Positions 48,446-62,013 of a stretch of 64,000 nucleotides of DNA are shown in pieces. Source of the DNA: Lama guanicoe (lineage: Eukaryota). The notes beneath the pieces are model-generated. The model was not told where the DNA came from and ran no database searches. It saw nothing but the letters and a program-made list of their open reading frames with translations. A program made the translations under genes and the position numbers. Each line of letters starts with the position of its first letter. Position 1 is the stretch's first letter. The stretch covers positions 1 through 64,000 of the forward strand of contig MU053574.1 in assembly GCA_013239625.1 (NCBI GenBank), in the 5' to 3' direction.

Positions 48446-49000
48446 GTACTAGTTTCCTGTGGCTGCTATGACAAAGTACCACAAACTGTGTGGCTCAAAA
48501 CAAGCCAAATTTAGGGGGAGGGTATAGCTCAGTGGTAGAGCGCATGCTTAGCATGCACGAAGTCCTGGGTTCAAGCCCCCGTACCTCCACCGAAAAATGA
48601 AAACAAAACAACAACAAAAACACCAAGACGAATTCTTTCTCTCTCAGTTCCAGAGGTCAAAAGCCCAAAATCAAGCTGCTGGTAGCACCAGGCTCTCTGA
48701 AGGCTCTAGAAGAGGATCCTGCCTTGCCTCTTCCAGCTTCTGGTGGTTGCCAGCGATCCTTAATGTTCCTTGTCTTGTCAGTGCATCACTCCAAACTCTG
48801 CTTCCGCCTGCACGTGTCTGTGTCCAGTTTTCCCTCTGCTTGTAAGGACACTGCTCATTTGCTTAGGGCCTATCCCACCCCAGTATGACCTTATCTTAAC
48901 TTGACTACATCTGCAAAGACCCTGTTTCCAAATAAGGTCTTATTCCCAGGAGCATGAGATTAGGATTTCAGCATACCTTTTGGTGGGGAGCAAAATTTAC
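48446..49000. mobile_element. MLT1 (MaLR) LTR interrupted by a SINE
   Basis: gtactagtttcctgtggctgctatgacaaagtaccacaaact...ttacatctgcaaagaccctgtttccaaataaggtc-like MLT1 pattern. Confidence 0.75.
48514..48620 (+). mobile_element. Vic-1-type tRNA-derived SINE
   Basis: ggggagggtatagctcagtggtagagcgcatgcttagcatgcacgaagtcctgggttcaagcccc (A and B boxes) + A-rich tail. Confidence 0.85.
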
Positions 49001-49835
49001 CCCACATCAGGGGCATTGGAGTGGCCCCAAAGGCCAGGTACCCAGGTGCCCACAGAGATGGGGGGAGAAATTGGGGTCTGAGAAGGTCACCGGGGCTTGG
49101 CGCCAGCGCAGGGCTGTGGGGTGTGAATGGAGCCTGGGGTTGCGCTGCTGCCAGGAACGACGGGACTCCCCAGCTTGGCGCATCCTGGCGCAACGCCAGC
49201 AGGTGGCGCTGTGCCCTGCTTGTGGCTGCCACGAAGTTGCTCTGAGCAGCCGCCCCAAAGACAAAGGTCTCACCTTCCAGTTGCGGGGAGACAACACTCA
49301 GTTGTAAACAGACCAGGAGCACAGTCATTTCAGGAGTGACGCTCTGTGGAGGAAATTAAACAAGGCGGGGCTGTGGGGTAGTGACGGGGTGGCGACCTGG
49401 ATGTGTGGCCAGGGAGCCCGGCAGGGCCAGACCCACATGAGTTGGTTTTGTGTCTCCTGCTTCATCTGCAAGCTGAACCGGCCTTTCTCAGTCGCTTACA
49501 GGGGCCCTGCGGCTATGATTACACTGGTGGTTTCCAGACAGCTCTCCTATTACTGCAGGGGGGGCAGCCATGTGTCCCAGGGCTGGGGAGGGATCACGGA
49601 GGGCAGCCAGACAGCCACGGGGGTGTCCATGCAGGTTGAGGCTGGAGGGGTCCCTTCGCCAGAGACCCTGGGGCTGGTGCTGCCTGAGCTACCCCACTGC
49701 CGCCTGGTGGGGTTCTGCCCTGTCCTCTTACACAAAGCGGGGAGCGCCATCTGCTGAGGAGCAGGGGCCTGGGCTCCCCTGGGCATCAGGGAGAAAGAGC
49801 AAAGTGCGCACTGGCCTGGGAAGTGGAGGCCATTT

Positions 49836-50056
49836 TAAACTTAAAAAATTTTTTTCCTATTCTTTTTTTTTTCTTTTTCTTTCTTCCTTTTTAAAGCCCA
49901 GTATTTTATCCTTGGGTTTTTGGGGGGAAAGAGTTGGGGGGAGTAATTAGGTTTATTTATTTATTTTTTATTATTTTAATGGAGGTACTGGGGATTGAAC
50001 CCAGAACCTTGTGCATGCTAAGCACGCACTCTACCACTGAGCTGTACCCTCCACCT
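49836..50056 (-). mobile_element. Vic-1-type SINE with 13-bp TSD gtggaggccattt
   Basis: TSD at 49823-49835 and 50057-50069; antisense tRNA-like head. Confidence 0.85.
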
Positions 50057-52099
50057 GTGGAGGCCATTTCTTACTGTGGCCCTCGGACACCTCCGTATCT
50101 CACAAGGCCAAGGCTACTGATCGATTCGCACAGCAGATATTTATCGAGGGCCTCAGAGCTGAGCACCGGGCCTGTGTGGAGCATCTTAGCTCCTGTAGCT
50201 TCCGACCATAGAGGAAGAATGGGGCAACATGGATACAAGATAAGCAGTAGATCCTATGGGAAGGCACTGAGCTGGGAGCCGGGGACCTGGATTTGGTGGC
50301 CACTCAGCCATCAGTGTTACACTAGCCGTGGACCAAGCCCTGCAGAGTAACTCCCCAGGCCACTCCCGCACCTCCACCCCATGCTGTGGAAGTGCCTGGT
50401 AATGACTGCCAGCCCTGAGCACTTTCCCTGCTCCTGGCCTTGGGCTGCGGTGTCTTGTATCTGCAAGATGGGTACCACTGTCATCCTCCCTTCTGGATGG
50501 GGAAATTGAAGCCCTGGAAGGTGGAGGTATCCCACAGTTAAGCAGTGGCAGGGCTGGTGGGGGCATGTCCCTGTGTGCAGACAAGCCTGGGAGGGCCCAG
50601 GCATAGGGGGCCAAATTCCTTCCAATTACGGTGAGCTTCCAACGGCCAGGGCTGGGCAGGCCCCAAGGTGGTGGTTAACAGCGGGAGTGGAGACGTAAAC
50701 AGAGCTAATGAACCCCTTTCGTCCTCTCCCCGCTCTAATGAAGGCCTTGGGCTCTGTTCCCTGCATTTTTTCAGGGTTCTGGGTTTTTGAACCTCAAAGA
50801 ATCTTCTCTTAGGATCATGACTGGGTGGTCTCCCTGGGGGGTGGGGACATGAGCTTATGGGACCTGGATGTCTCCTCCCAGGGCAGCCAAGCCAGGAGGT
50901 GGAGAGGAGAGGGTATCCCCCTAAATATGATAAGCCCCAGAGAAAGGGGAGTTCTCATGGTAACCTGGAGCAGTTGCTTGGCAACTCCAGGTCCCCAAAA
51001 TACTTGCCTGCAGGAAGGCTCAGGGCCGGGGCTTTCCCATGGCCTGTGTGTAGACCTTACCTACTCTGTGTCTGATCCACCCCCACCCTCCACTTCCACC
51101 CAGCAACCCCACCCTCTGAGTCTTCCCGTGGGAAACCCTAGCCTGCTTCCCCCTGCCCATCGCCCTACCCTGCTGGCCAGCCACCCAGCATCAGGCCAGT
51201 CTCCTAGCAATGGAGGCTACTTCCTGGATATACGAGTGACAGTTGATGGTAGCAAAATGTCATAAAATGCAGGGTCAGAGGGCACAGTGGATGGAGCCAA
51301 GTACCAGCCAGAGTTGGTGGCGGTGGGGGAGGGGGGAACACACGGTACCTTGTATTTTGCATCCCCTGCATCCTGCTGCCATGAGCAACCTGGGCCTGGG
51401 GCAGGATGGCAAGGCAGGGTGTGGCTGGGGTTGCAGGGTGGGTAGAGCCTGTGGAATAGGGGATTTTGGTTCTGGGCCACTTTTGAGACTGACAGGCTGT
51501 GTGACCTTCTCATTTGCCTCAGTTTCCCCACCTGTGGCCCCGTCTACCCTTGTGCCTGTGAGTTCAGCATTCAGTGCCTTGTAAATTATGCCACCTACTG
51601 GGGCTTTGGGGTGGGAGCGTGAGGGGCTAGGACCGGGCCAGCCACCTCTTCCTCCTCTGCCTGCCTGCATCTGTCTCGGTACTCAGGGGGAGGCAGGCTG
51701 TCTTCGGGTTAAGGCCACTGGGTTTGAGATGGACACCTGTGTCTGTGTCCCCGCTCACTGCTTAGCACTGAGTGGCCCAGAACAGACACTAAACCCCTGG
51801 AGCCACGCTGCTCCCCAGTGTAAGGAGTGGAAGGCAGTCGGCCCTGTGGACCTCTTAGGGGCTATTTAGTGCCCAGCATCACAGAGGACACTGATCAGGG
51901 CTGCGTCCAGCCAGGAAGAAGCGAGGTGCCAGAGCCCCTGACCACAGAAGGGCAGTGTGTTGGAATGGAGGAGGGGGCTAGCAGGCGCCAGGCTGCCCAG
52001 TGGTTGGATTTTGGAGCTGGGCATGGGGTGAGGCCCAGTTGCCCTCAGCTGTTCCCTTTGGGAAGGGCAGTGAGGGGTGGGACTGTTGGTGACACCCCC

Positions 52100-52101
<2 letters not shown>

Positions 52102-52159
<58 letters not shown>
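52102..52159. repeat. (AC)29 microsatellite
   Basis: Perfect dinucleotide run. Confidence 0.95.
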
Positions 52160-52162
<3 letters not shown>

Positions 52163-52289
52163 TCCACCCGGTGCCCTCAAGGAGACAGGATGCTAGACTG
52201 ACCGTGACCATTCACTCTGAGTGACCTTGGGCCGGACTCATCCCCCTGAACCTCCCCGGCCCCATCTGTCAGACAGGGAGGGCTTGTGC

Positions 52290-52700
52290 CCCCCTCCGGA
52301 GTTGAGGGAGGCTCGGCGGCACCCGCTGCAACCCCTGCCCAGCGGGGCACGTGGGTTCGGTGTGCGGGGCGTGCGGGGATCTCCGCCGGGACTGCCCAGC
52401 CCCCGCACCCCCCACCACGCTGGAGCGCGGCAGGAGGAGGGGGCGGGGCGAGGGCGGCGCAGACAATGGCCCGGGCCCGGGGCCGCGGCGGCGGCAGTGC
52501 CCGGAGCGGGGCGCGGGGGCGCGGCCGGGCCAGGCCGGGCGGCGAGAGCGGGCGGCGCGCCCCTGCCGGCGTTCATGCTGGTGGTCCCGCCGCCGGGCGC
52601 GCGGGCGGACGAGGTGAGCGCCAGCCCCGCGGGGGCGCGGGGAGGAGGGGCAGGAGGCCCCCGGCGCGGGCGGGAGCTAAGGTGCAGGCGCGCTGCCCCC
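52290..52700 (+). promoter_or_regulatory. RALGDS: Intragenic CpG island, probable second RALGDS promoter
   Basis: CpG-dense, GC boxes, contains a consensus donor at 52614. Confidence 0.75.
52575..52613 (+). CDS. RALGDS: Candidate RALGDS alternative first coding exon (MLVVPPPGARADE)
   Basis: ATG to GAG|gtgagc, 39 nt, phase 0 like the other first exons, inside a CpG island. Confidence 0.55.
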
Positions 52701-55700
52701 ACCCACCCTGGGCTTTCTGCCTGGTGGGTGCCCGATGAACCGAACTGAGGCCTCTCGGCCCTTCCTTCCGCTACCCCTACCCGGTAGGGTGAGAAGGGGC
52801 GGGTCCACGCTGGGGCCAGAGAACACCCCAGATCCTACCCCCTTTCTGAACTGGGACCCAGAACTGGTTCTCTTGACACGGGATCTCTTCTCTGGCATCC
52901 CCTGAGATTCCAGGTATGCACACCTGACTGTGTGGAGCTGGGATGGGGATGGGCTGCTCCTGGACAGTTGAGAGGAAAGTACCCTTGGTCAGTGGGTGGC
53001 CCTGAGCCCAAGATCTTACCCCCTCCCACCCTCTCCTCTTTTGGGACTCCACCCTGACCACAGGCCTTTGTCCTGGGGGGCCTTTTCCCTGGACCTGTCC
53101 AGCTCAGAACTGGGAGGGCGGGAACGTGTGGGGTGGAGGATGGTGTTTATTAAGCCCTTGGGGCTGCCGCCACCTGAAATGAATCCGTTCCAACAAGATT
53201 CTTGCTCCTACACACCCACCCCTATCTGTCTGGGCTGCGGCAGAGGGAAGGAGGGAGAGTCCAGGCCTGACCATCTCCACCACCATCTCGAAGGGAAGTC
53301 CTGGCCCCTCGGGCGTGTGGGAGGTTGTCTAGAGGCCAAAGGAGAGAGAGAAGTCTGGGACGGGGCAGGAGCCCTGGCTAGGATTTGCATCACCCCAGAC
53401 AGCTTCCTTGCCTCCTCTACGCCTTGGATTCCTCACTCGAGGACTCTTGGATGTCAAGGTGTAGGAAATGTTCCTGAAGCACCTGGCACCAGCACAAGCC
53501 GGCCCTGCTCAGGTGGCCGGAAAGGTCTTTTCACCTTCAAGGAAGGCTGGCCCACCAGCTGTGACGACATGCAGTGTTGACTTCCCTTGGGGAGCTGGAG
53601 GCCAGCCCCTGGTTGAATCCACATGTATTTCCAGGGAGGGAAACTAGGGCCCAGAAACATTGAAAAAATTGCCCAGGTCATACAGGGAGCCCTACCCGAG
53701 GTCCTTCCTCCCTGAGGCCAGAGTCCCAAGCCCCTGACCACCACCCCGTACCCTCAAAGGGTGTGCTCACCCAGAAGTTGCCCTGCGACCTTCTTGTTGC
53801 TCAGAGTTGAAGTTCAAGGGTGAGGCAGTCCACCTGGCCTGAGGCCCTGGGTGTCCCGGGAGGTGACAGCTGTGGACTTTGAGGGCAGGGAGCTGGCAGC
53901 ACCACCCACCTGCCCCGTCACCGCAGACGACTGCAATTCTTCAGGATTGCAAGGGCAGTTTCCTTCACAGTCACTTGGGACCGGGAGATCCCTGCACAGA
54001 GGACTTGCCTCCTTCCCCTCTCACCAGCCCGGCCAGGAGCAGACACAGGGTGGGCAAGGAGCGTCCCTGAAGACACATGCTTGCTGAGGCTAGGGACATG
54101 GGGTGGCTGTTGTTGGTCTGGCAGACTTGCAGGGAGTTGGGGGTACATTCGAGGCTCCTGGGCTTGGGTGTGCTGTTCTGCACCTATCCACGGATATGGG
54201 CGTGGGTGTGTCTTGGGAGCATTTCCCTGCCTGTGGGTGAATAAGGGCACATTTGAGCGAATTTGTGACATGTGTCATCAGGTTCCACCAGTGTGTGCGG
54301 CAGCCCGGCGGTGGCCAAGCAAGCACACACGTGAAAGGACGTGTGCAGACTGGTGCCTGTGGGAGGGAGAGCACGTGTCATGGGAGGCCGTGTGTGTGTG
54401 TGTGTTTGTGTGTGCGCGTGTGTGTGTGTAAGCACTGACATCTTGCTTTTCCCAAGCACTGGGCCCGAGCCTTGACCCGAGGAGGCCTGAGTGTTCGTGC
54501 CTGAGCCCCTCAACCTCTCTCTTTAAGTGTGTTGATAAGTGTGCCCAGCTCACGGGGCCATAAAGTGCTTAGCCCGGGGCCTGACACACGCATGCACGCT
54601 CTTGCCTGGCGGTCATGTGGAGACCTAGACAGCTCTGGGACCGTCCCTGGGAGTGCCCAGGGGCCCCTTGCCTGAATCCCAGGTATGAGCAAGGGGAGGC
54701 AGAGAGGGGAGGCCCTGGAGCTTTGCCTCCTGTGGGAGGAACCAAGGAAGGAGCAAAGACCAGAGCTTGGCAGAGGGACAGCGAGTGGCAGAAAGGTGGG
54801 ACAAAAGCCACGAAACCATCACTCAGCCCTGGGGCCTGGAACCTAAGGCACCCTCCCGCCTCCCCAACCCCAGTCCCCACCTCTACCCGCCTCCTCCACT
54901 GCACTGGCCTGCGGGACCTTCCTTGCTGGAGAAGGACTGTGGGAAAGAGGGCAGCGGGCACCAGCCCCATCACCTCCTGGCAGCCAGCTGGACCCCCAGG
55001 TCCTTTCCTGAGGCCAGGGCAGCTCAGGAGGTCCCCCTCTGAAAGGGCAGCCCTGCTTTCCAGGCCCTGGGCTCCCACAGGCGGGCAGTGGGTGGGTGGT
55101 AGCACCCGGCACGCGGTGTCCCTGGCACGGCGGGCAGCCTCCTCACCACAAGGGCCCATTTATCCCCACTCCCCTGGCCCTGAAGTCCCGAGTGGCCAGG
55201 CGCCGCTGGACACAAGGGCCTGACTGGGGGCTCAGCTCCCTCCCCGCAGCCTCAGCCGGGCTGTCTGTGTTTTGCGAAGGGATTTCTTAGCCCAGGCCAG
55301 ACCCGTCAGAGCAACCTCTGCTTACCCGATGAGCAGAGACCCCAAGAATTACTGTTGAGCCAGGAATTCAGGAAGGAGGAAAAAAACCCAGATTGAACCA
55401 GAGCTAAGCTGTTTGCCTGCCTCCCCTGACTGACATCCCAAGACAGGCCCGCCTCAGGGACCATCCAGGCCCCTGTTTCCCAGAGAACCTGCCTGCCCCA
55501 CCTTACTCTGACTCTCTTGCCTGGACTTGCCTCCCTCCTCTGCTCCCAGCCTCACTCTCTGGCAGGTTGGCAGAGAGGGCCTTGCCCTGCCCATGCCTTT
55601 CCTCTTTGCCATCCCTCAGGCTCCTCTCCAGCCTCGCTGCCTCCTCCAGGAAGCTTTCCTGGTGATCTTCCCAGAAGGAACTCACTGGCCCTGAACTGTG

Positions 55701-58700
55701 AATATTTTTAAGTCTAGGAATCTTGAAGCTGGAGGAACCATCCTGACCACGGTGTATTGGTTGAGAGCTCCCCTCGTGTGTCAGAGGCGGATCTGGGCCA
55801 TCGATAGAATTCCCTGCTCTCAGGGAGCTTACAGTCCTAATAACTTTTAAAAGAGGAAAGAACTTTATTTATTATACTGCAGGAACAGAAGGTGACTTTT
55901 TTCTGTTTTGTTCCCTGGTGTATTCCCAGCACTTGAGCAGGGCCTGGCACCTAGTAGGTGCTCAGTAACTCGGTGTGGGCTGACTGTGATGCTGTCGCTG
56001 GGCCCCAGGGCCGCTCTGGTCCGTGGATGGTGCAGGCCACAAGCCCTATCACCAGTGCTTGGGGATAGAAATCGAAATTGTTTAGAGACTATTACGGCAG
56101 TGGGACACTGCTGCGACGTGTCAGTTGCATTTTACAAAAGGATCAGTTGGCCCTGACCTGGGAATTAAACAGGAGGACCACTGATTCTTCCCCACAGAGT
56201 GTCCGAGGCTACTTGAGGACAGGGATTTTTTTAAACATGGGGCCTGTCCCAGGCCCCATCCTAAGCGTGTGCATCCAATATCTGATTTACCCCATGTAGG
56301 CTTTGGGAAGCAGAGGTTATCCCCCGCCCCGTTTGGCGTTTGGGTCAGGATGAGGCTCAGCGGGGTAAGTCACCTATCAGCTTCCTCCAGCCAGTAAGTG
56401 GCAGACCTGGGGACTGAGCCCAGGCGCCATCTCCCCGGAGCCCCAGCTCATAGCTGCCACTCTAATCCTTACAGTTGGGCGTGGGGCTCCTTGCCAAGCT
56501 GGGAGCGGGGGTGGGGGGCAGGCAGCGGTGAGGGGGTGGGGACCTGTCCTGGGCCACCATGGGGCTTGAGGGGGCTGGCACCCTTGACAGGGCTGGATCC
56601 TGCTGGGCGGGAAGCCAGTGGGAGTGGCTGGGGCGGCCCCGGATTCTCGGATCCTTGGCTTCTTGGCAACCTGTGTGACTCAGTGGGCTGGTTAAAGGGG
56701 CCGGCGGGCGGGCAGCCAGCACAGGGGAACCCTGTGGTGGGTGAGTCAGCAGTCGGAGCAGCTGACCGCTGGGTTACTGTTCTGCCTGGGGTGGGGCCAA
56801 GCCTCCGCTGCCAAAACCAGCACAGCCCCTCTTTGCTCTTCTCTCTCCCAGTTCCCCTGACAGGTGCTTCCTGGGGCTTCGCTGATCCCAGGGGTCCCCA
56901 GGTCTCCCCAGCCTGGAGCAGGGGACAGAGCCTCCCTATTTGGGCCTGTGGCCATCCACAAGCCACTCGGAGGCTCCAGCCTGTTGGCCCTCCCATAAAG
57001 AGGGGCCCCTTGTCCATGGAAGGGCATCTCCAGGGTAGATTCACCCTCAGCTCTTATAAAAAGCCGGAAGCAGCTTGGGAACACCAGCCACAGAGGTAGA
57101 CTGCTGTGTGGCTTTGGGTGAGTTTGGTGCTGTCTCTGAGCTTCTGCCCTCAAGCTCACCTGCAAACCTGCCTCACATATTATGACAATTAAATGATAGT
57201 CACACTGGCACATCGGTGAAGAGGAAAAATAATGGGGGAGTTGTTGACTCCGGCTCAGGCCCTGAGATGAGGGAATGGTGAACAGGGACGTGAGGGGGCA
57301 GAATCTTAAGCTGGGCCTCGTACAGGGCACAGACCACTCAGCCTGCTGACAGGGACCCAGCAGCCCCACGCCTGCCTGTGCTGCTGGGAGCAAATCCACA
57401 TTAACCCAGTACAGAGTGGAGGAAAGCAAGCCGCACTGGGGGCAGGACAGGCTCAGGCATGTACCTAGGCTTGGCACTGACCCGCTGTGGGCCACAGGCC
57501 AGTTGCTTGCCCTCTCTGGGCCTCGACTGTCTTAGTTGTACAACAGATAATTACTGTGACTTCATCTGTTTCACAAACACTGCATGGAAAGGTGCTCTGT
57601 CCCACCAAGGAGCACCAAAGGCAGGGCCAGCCCGGGATCTGGGGGACGAGGGGGCATCAGGAGCTGCTTCTGCCTGTAAGCTTTCTACATGGGGGCGTTT
57701 GCCTTTGGGCTGTATGTTTGCTATGCCCTAGTCCCTGGGAGTCTCTGGCAGACCTCAAGAGGGAAGGATGCCAGATGTAAGTGCATCCCCGCCACCTCCG
57801 GACCTAGGCCCCGCTTGGGGGCCAGGTCACTTGCGTGCATGGCTGCAAGGTCACCCCTACCTAGCAAAGCCAGGCTGGAGGTGACGGTGTGTTGAGCGAC
57901 TTAATGATGGGCCTCAGGTTCCCAGAAATAAGAGGGAGAACCAGGCTGCCCCCCCACCCCCAGCAGGACCCGGGGTCAGGTCAGGAGGCTGCAGGAAAGA
58001 GGCTCGAAAGCCTGGCCCCAGGCCTCTCCTGTCTGCTTCCTGGACAGGATGTTGTGCTGAATAAACAGCTTCGAGAGGAGTCACCACTCTGGCTCTGAGT
58101 CACTGCTCCTAGCGACAGCCACGCGGTGTTTGTAAACAGTGTGCTTTGCACCCATCAGGGCCTGTCCACAGGAGCCTGAGAGGGTGAGAGGACCCTCAGT
58201 AGGGGGTGCCACGGGCCCCCGGGAACCCTTCTCACTCGAAGGGCTTGATTCCGGGCTCGTACCTGCGCATACACACATGTTCGTGAGCGGGGTTTTGCTG
58301 TGGCTGAGCTTGTGTGTAAGTGGCCAGGGTCCTTATCCCAGGGCCACCTGCATGGTGGACAGAGCGTTGTGGGACTGATTGTGGATCATATGACCTCGGT
58401 GTCCTGGGACAAGTGTGGGGGCCTGGGTAGCGTCTCAGGGCTGGTATGAATGTTCCCCGAGGCAGCACCCACCCAGAGCTCCACGCACAGTAAGGACACA
58501 AGAAAAGCAGGAAAAGGTTGTGCGCACTCCAGCCGAGAAGTGAATTTGTGGGGGGGGGGCAGGTGGAGCACCCTAACTGCTCCCAGCCCCAGAGCCCTAG
58601 CTCTCCATGGCCCGACTCCGTTCCAGGCCGTGACAGTGATGTGGTGCACCATGTGGTGACACAAGGCCGGCAGGGAACAAAGGCGCCTCTGCTCTCCCCC

Positions 58701-61700
58701 TGCGGGTGGGAGGAGAGGGATGTGCTCTGCCCCGCCCCTCCCCCTGCTCGCCCCGCCTCCTCAGGGCTCCTGCATTTCTTGCCTGCAGCTGGTCCTGTCC
58801 TGCCTCCTGGCTGTGACTCAGGCCCTCAGCCTTACTAGCAGCTCAGAGCCCACTGCTCTGGGGCAGCCCTGCCTGGGCCTGGCCCTGCTCCCAGAGGAAT
58901 GGCCCGAATGACCCTGAGGCCAGGCTGGCCTGTGCAGGCGGCTGGGGCCAAGGAAGTGCAGAGGTAACAGGCTAGGAGGCTGAGGACATTGGAGCGGAGC
59001 AGGGAGCCAGCCTGGTGCTCAGGAGTGGTGGAGGGAAGATGTGCCACCTTGCACGCCTGGGGCCTGGTGCCTGGGAAGCACTCAATAAATGCTTGTCGAA
59101 TCAAAGGCATTAACACACAGACACGCCCAACTGGGCAGCTGGGATCCCTATGGGTTTCTGTAACCACTCCCGCCCACGCTTCCTCCAGGGGCCTCTAGAA
59201 GCTCTCCCCCACCCCTAAACATGTCCACACAGTTGGGAAGGCTTTTCCAGCCCCTCGCCCACTGATTCCTGCCACAGCACTGGGCTCAAGGACAAGGAGG
59301 CCACGGCTCCGGGGAGGCCCTCTCCCGTTTCATCAAATGCCCCCAAAGGCTGGGGAGATCTCACTGGAACATGTACAGAGCAGCCAAACCACACCAGAGA
59401 TGCCCAAGGTCACAAAGCCAGTCAGCTGGCGACACCGGGGAGTTGGCCACGGGTGGCGTCAGCCCTGGCAGCCTGTGGCTGTCTCCCCCCTCAGAGCTCT
59501 AGTGCCCACTGCCTCACCCAGGTCCTGCTGGAGTCCCCACGGGCCTCCGCACTACAAGGCTGAGAGCCGGGAGGCCTCTGTGCCAGTATATCCTCAGGGG
59601 AAGTGGACCAGAGCGTGTCTGCCAGCCCTCTCAGCCTCCCCTCTCTTGGGACCAGTGCTGCCTTTCGGTGCCCAACGTATGTTTGCCGATTTTAGACAAC
59701 AGACGCTTCCAAGTTACCCACTGGGATCCAGTTGCAGGGCTGCATGCTAAGCACCAGGAAGACCTCAGACTGCCATCTGGAGCTTGCTCGTGGGGCTGGA
59801 GCAGGCCACAGTACTCCTGGCACATGGGCGACACCCGCCAACATTCCCTGAATGTTTATTACGTGCCAGGCCACCGGGCAGGCACATGACCATGAGAAAC
59901 AGTCAGAGTCTGGGTCCTCTTAGTGCCGACTGTGAACCAGGCCTGTGCTGAGTTCTTGCCGAAGCCTCCAATGCCCTTGTGCCCATTTTACAGATGAGAA
60001 AACCGAGGCCACTACATCACTGGCCCAGAGTCCCAGAGCTGGCTAGTAGAGAGCCCGGTCACTTCTGCTGTTTCTTAAAGGTCCGGATTCAGTGTCACCG
60101 TGCACAGAAGGGCTGAGGTGGCTGAGGAGAAGGAGCAGGGGGTGCCTGAGTAGTGGGGAGCATGAGGAGGTGGTGAGGGCTGAGTGAGTCGGAAGGGTCT
60201 GGGGGCCAAGGGCAGGGAGGACTTTGGATTCTCTGGTGGGTTGGACAGAAGCCTTTGGAAGGATTTCAGTGTCAGGAAGACGTGCTGTGATCTGGCTGCA
60301 GGCTCGAGGGTGGGTGCATGGAGACAGGAAGGCAGCTGCCCCATGGTCCACCTGGAACCCCCTAGACGCCCACCCACATCCCCATAGAGAACCCTCTCCC
60401 AGGGGCTCCTAACTTCTCCTGCCATGGAGGGAGGAGGAATTTGAATTTGAAAAGCTCTGTACACTGCCCCTCCACCTCCCATAACAACCAGGAAACTGAG
60501 GCTGAGAGAGAAGAGGAACCTGCAAGTCCCACAGGGAGGCAGCACCGGGGGGGGGGGCAGGAACAGTCTCGGTTCCCGAGCCCTGCGCTGCCCGCCCTGT
60601 CGGGTCCCCTGCACCCCACAAACCCACCGGAAGAGGATGTGAAACGCTCGCTCGCTCAGAGAAGCAGACCGAGGGCTGGCGGGGCTTGGTGTCAGGGTGG
60701 CACGCTGGGCCCCAGCCACCCTGCCAGGGCCTGGGGGCCTGAGGTGCCTGCAGGCCGGCTCCAGAGCCCCTACCCAGCCCTTGCTCCCCTCAGCCTCCAG
60801 GACCCTGCGCGCCCAGCCTCCTGCCCCCCAGGGTCCCAGAAGGGTGAGGAAGCAGCCCGGCCCCTTGACTTCTGGGTCACTGGCATCCCCAGGTTTTGGG
60901 ATCTGAGCTGTGAATGCTGATGGAAGGAAGGTATCTGGGCTCTGCCGAGCTGCACAGACACAGGACTTGGAGTCTCCATGTGACATCTTGGGCAAGTCCC
61001 AGCTCCCCTGGGGCCTCAGTTTTTCCATTTGTCAGGTGGGTATGTTAGACTCATCCCATGGCTTCTGGTGTCTGATCTGCAGTGAAATGAGAAAAATGGA
61101 GACAAGGTTGTGAGTTTTTCTTAAAGCCAAATGTATTCATTTAACGACAGCCCGTTCCTCCGACAGCCTGCCCCCCTAGTCACTTTTGGTGCTGTCTTTT
61201 CTGGAATGATGGTAATGATGGTGATGGGGTTTTTTGTTTTTTGGGGTTTTTTCAATCTGTTCTATCTGGCAAAATAAACAGTTCCCCACCCTAGGTGGGT
61301 CCCCAGAGTTTAAAATTAAGTCCCATGACTGGGTGCCTGGGGTGGAGGGCTGAGTGGCAGGGGGGGCTTCCAGAACCAGATGGCGGCTTAGAACGGTGGG
61401 GTCTCCTGCACTCCCGGCAGTGCCTGGCGGGGCTCACGCCTACGTGGTGGCCCCGCTGCCCGAGCCCTGTTGTAATCTCGGTAACTTGGACCTGCCACCT
61501 TTTGTGACTCTGGGTGGTGATTCCCCCCTAGGCAGGGGGGGTGGGGATGGGGCCTCAGGGTGTTGGGGGACACAGCTGGGCCCACCCCAAGAGAGCAGGT
61601 CTGAGCTGGAGCTACTGGCCCAGCTCAGGACAGAGCCCTATCCACCCGCCCTTGGCTGGCCCACAGCCGGATACAAGCGGGAATTCCTGGCTCTGTCGTC

Positions 61701-61842
61701 ACGGGAGCAGGTATGACAGCCATGCGGGTGACACCGGGCCTAGGCACTCAGGTGCCTGACTCCACTGGGGCCAGTGGACAGGCAGGCAGACTGGCAGAGG
61801 GCCTCCCTTGGAGCCCACCCTAGGCCCGGCTCCTGCCCCACC

Positions 61843-62013
61843 ATGGCCCGGGAAGCCAGGCCCGCTGAGCCCCAGGGCAGGAAGGGCGGGGTGTTCCTCG
61901 CCTTTGTCTCCGTGGTGACCGCCAGGCGGTGGGCCATCGCCCGCCGCACTGCTCTCCAGAGCCAGAGCCCCCCACCTTGGCCAACAACACCTCTGCCGGC
62001 ACCAGCCACCGAG
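61843..62013 (+). CDS. RALGDS: RALGDS alternative first coding exon (MAREARPAEPQGRKGGVFLAFVSVVTARRW...PAPATE, 57 aa)
   Basis: Strong Kozak ccaccATGG; GAG|gtgagt phase-0 donor; resembles a recalled human isoform N-terminus MAREAG..GRKGSVFFACVSVVTARRR. Confidence 0.8.

Noticed and set aside
48514..48592. tRNA-Ala-like sequence as a real tRNA gene
   Set aside because: It has an A-rich tail, sits inside an MLT1 LTR and has two sister copies with TSDs, so it is a SINE.
60075..61028. 317-aa minus-strand ORF in RALGDS intron 1
   Set aside because: Begins in a MIR-like segment, has no recognisable domain and is GC-rich chance sequence.
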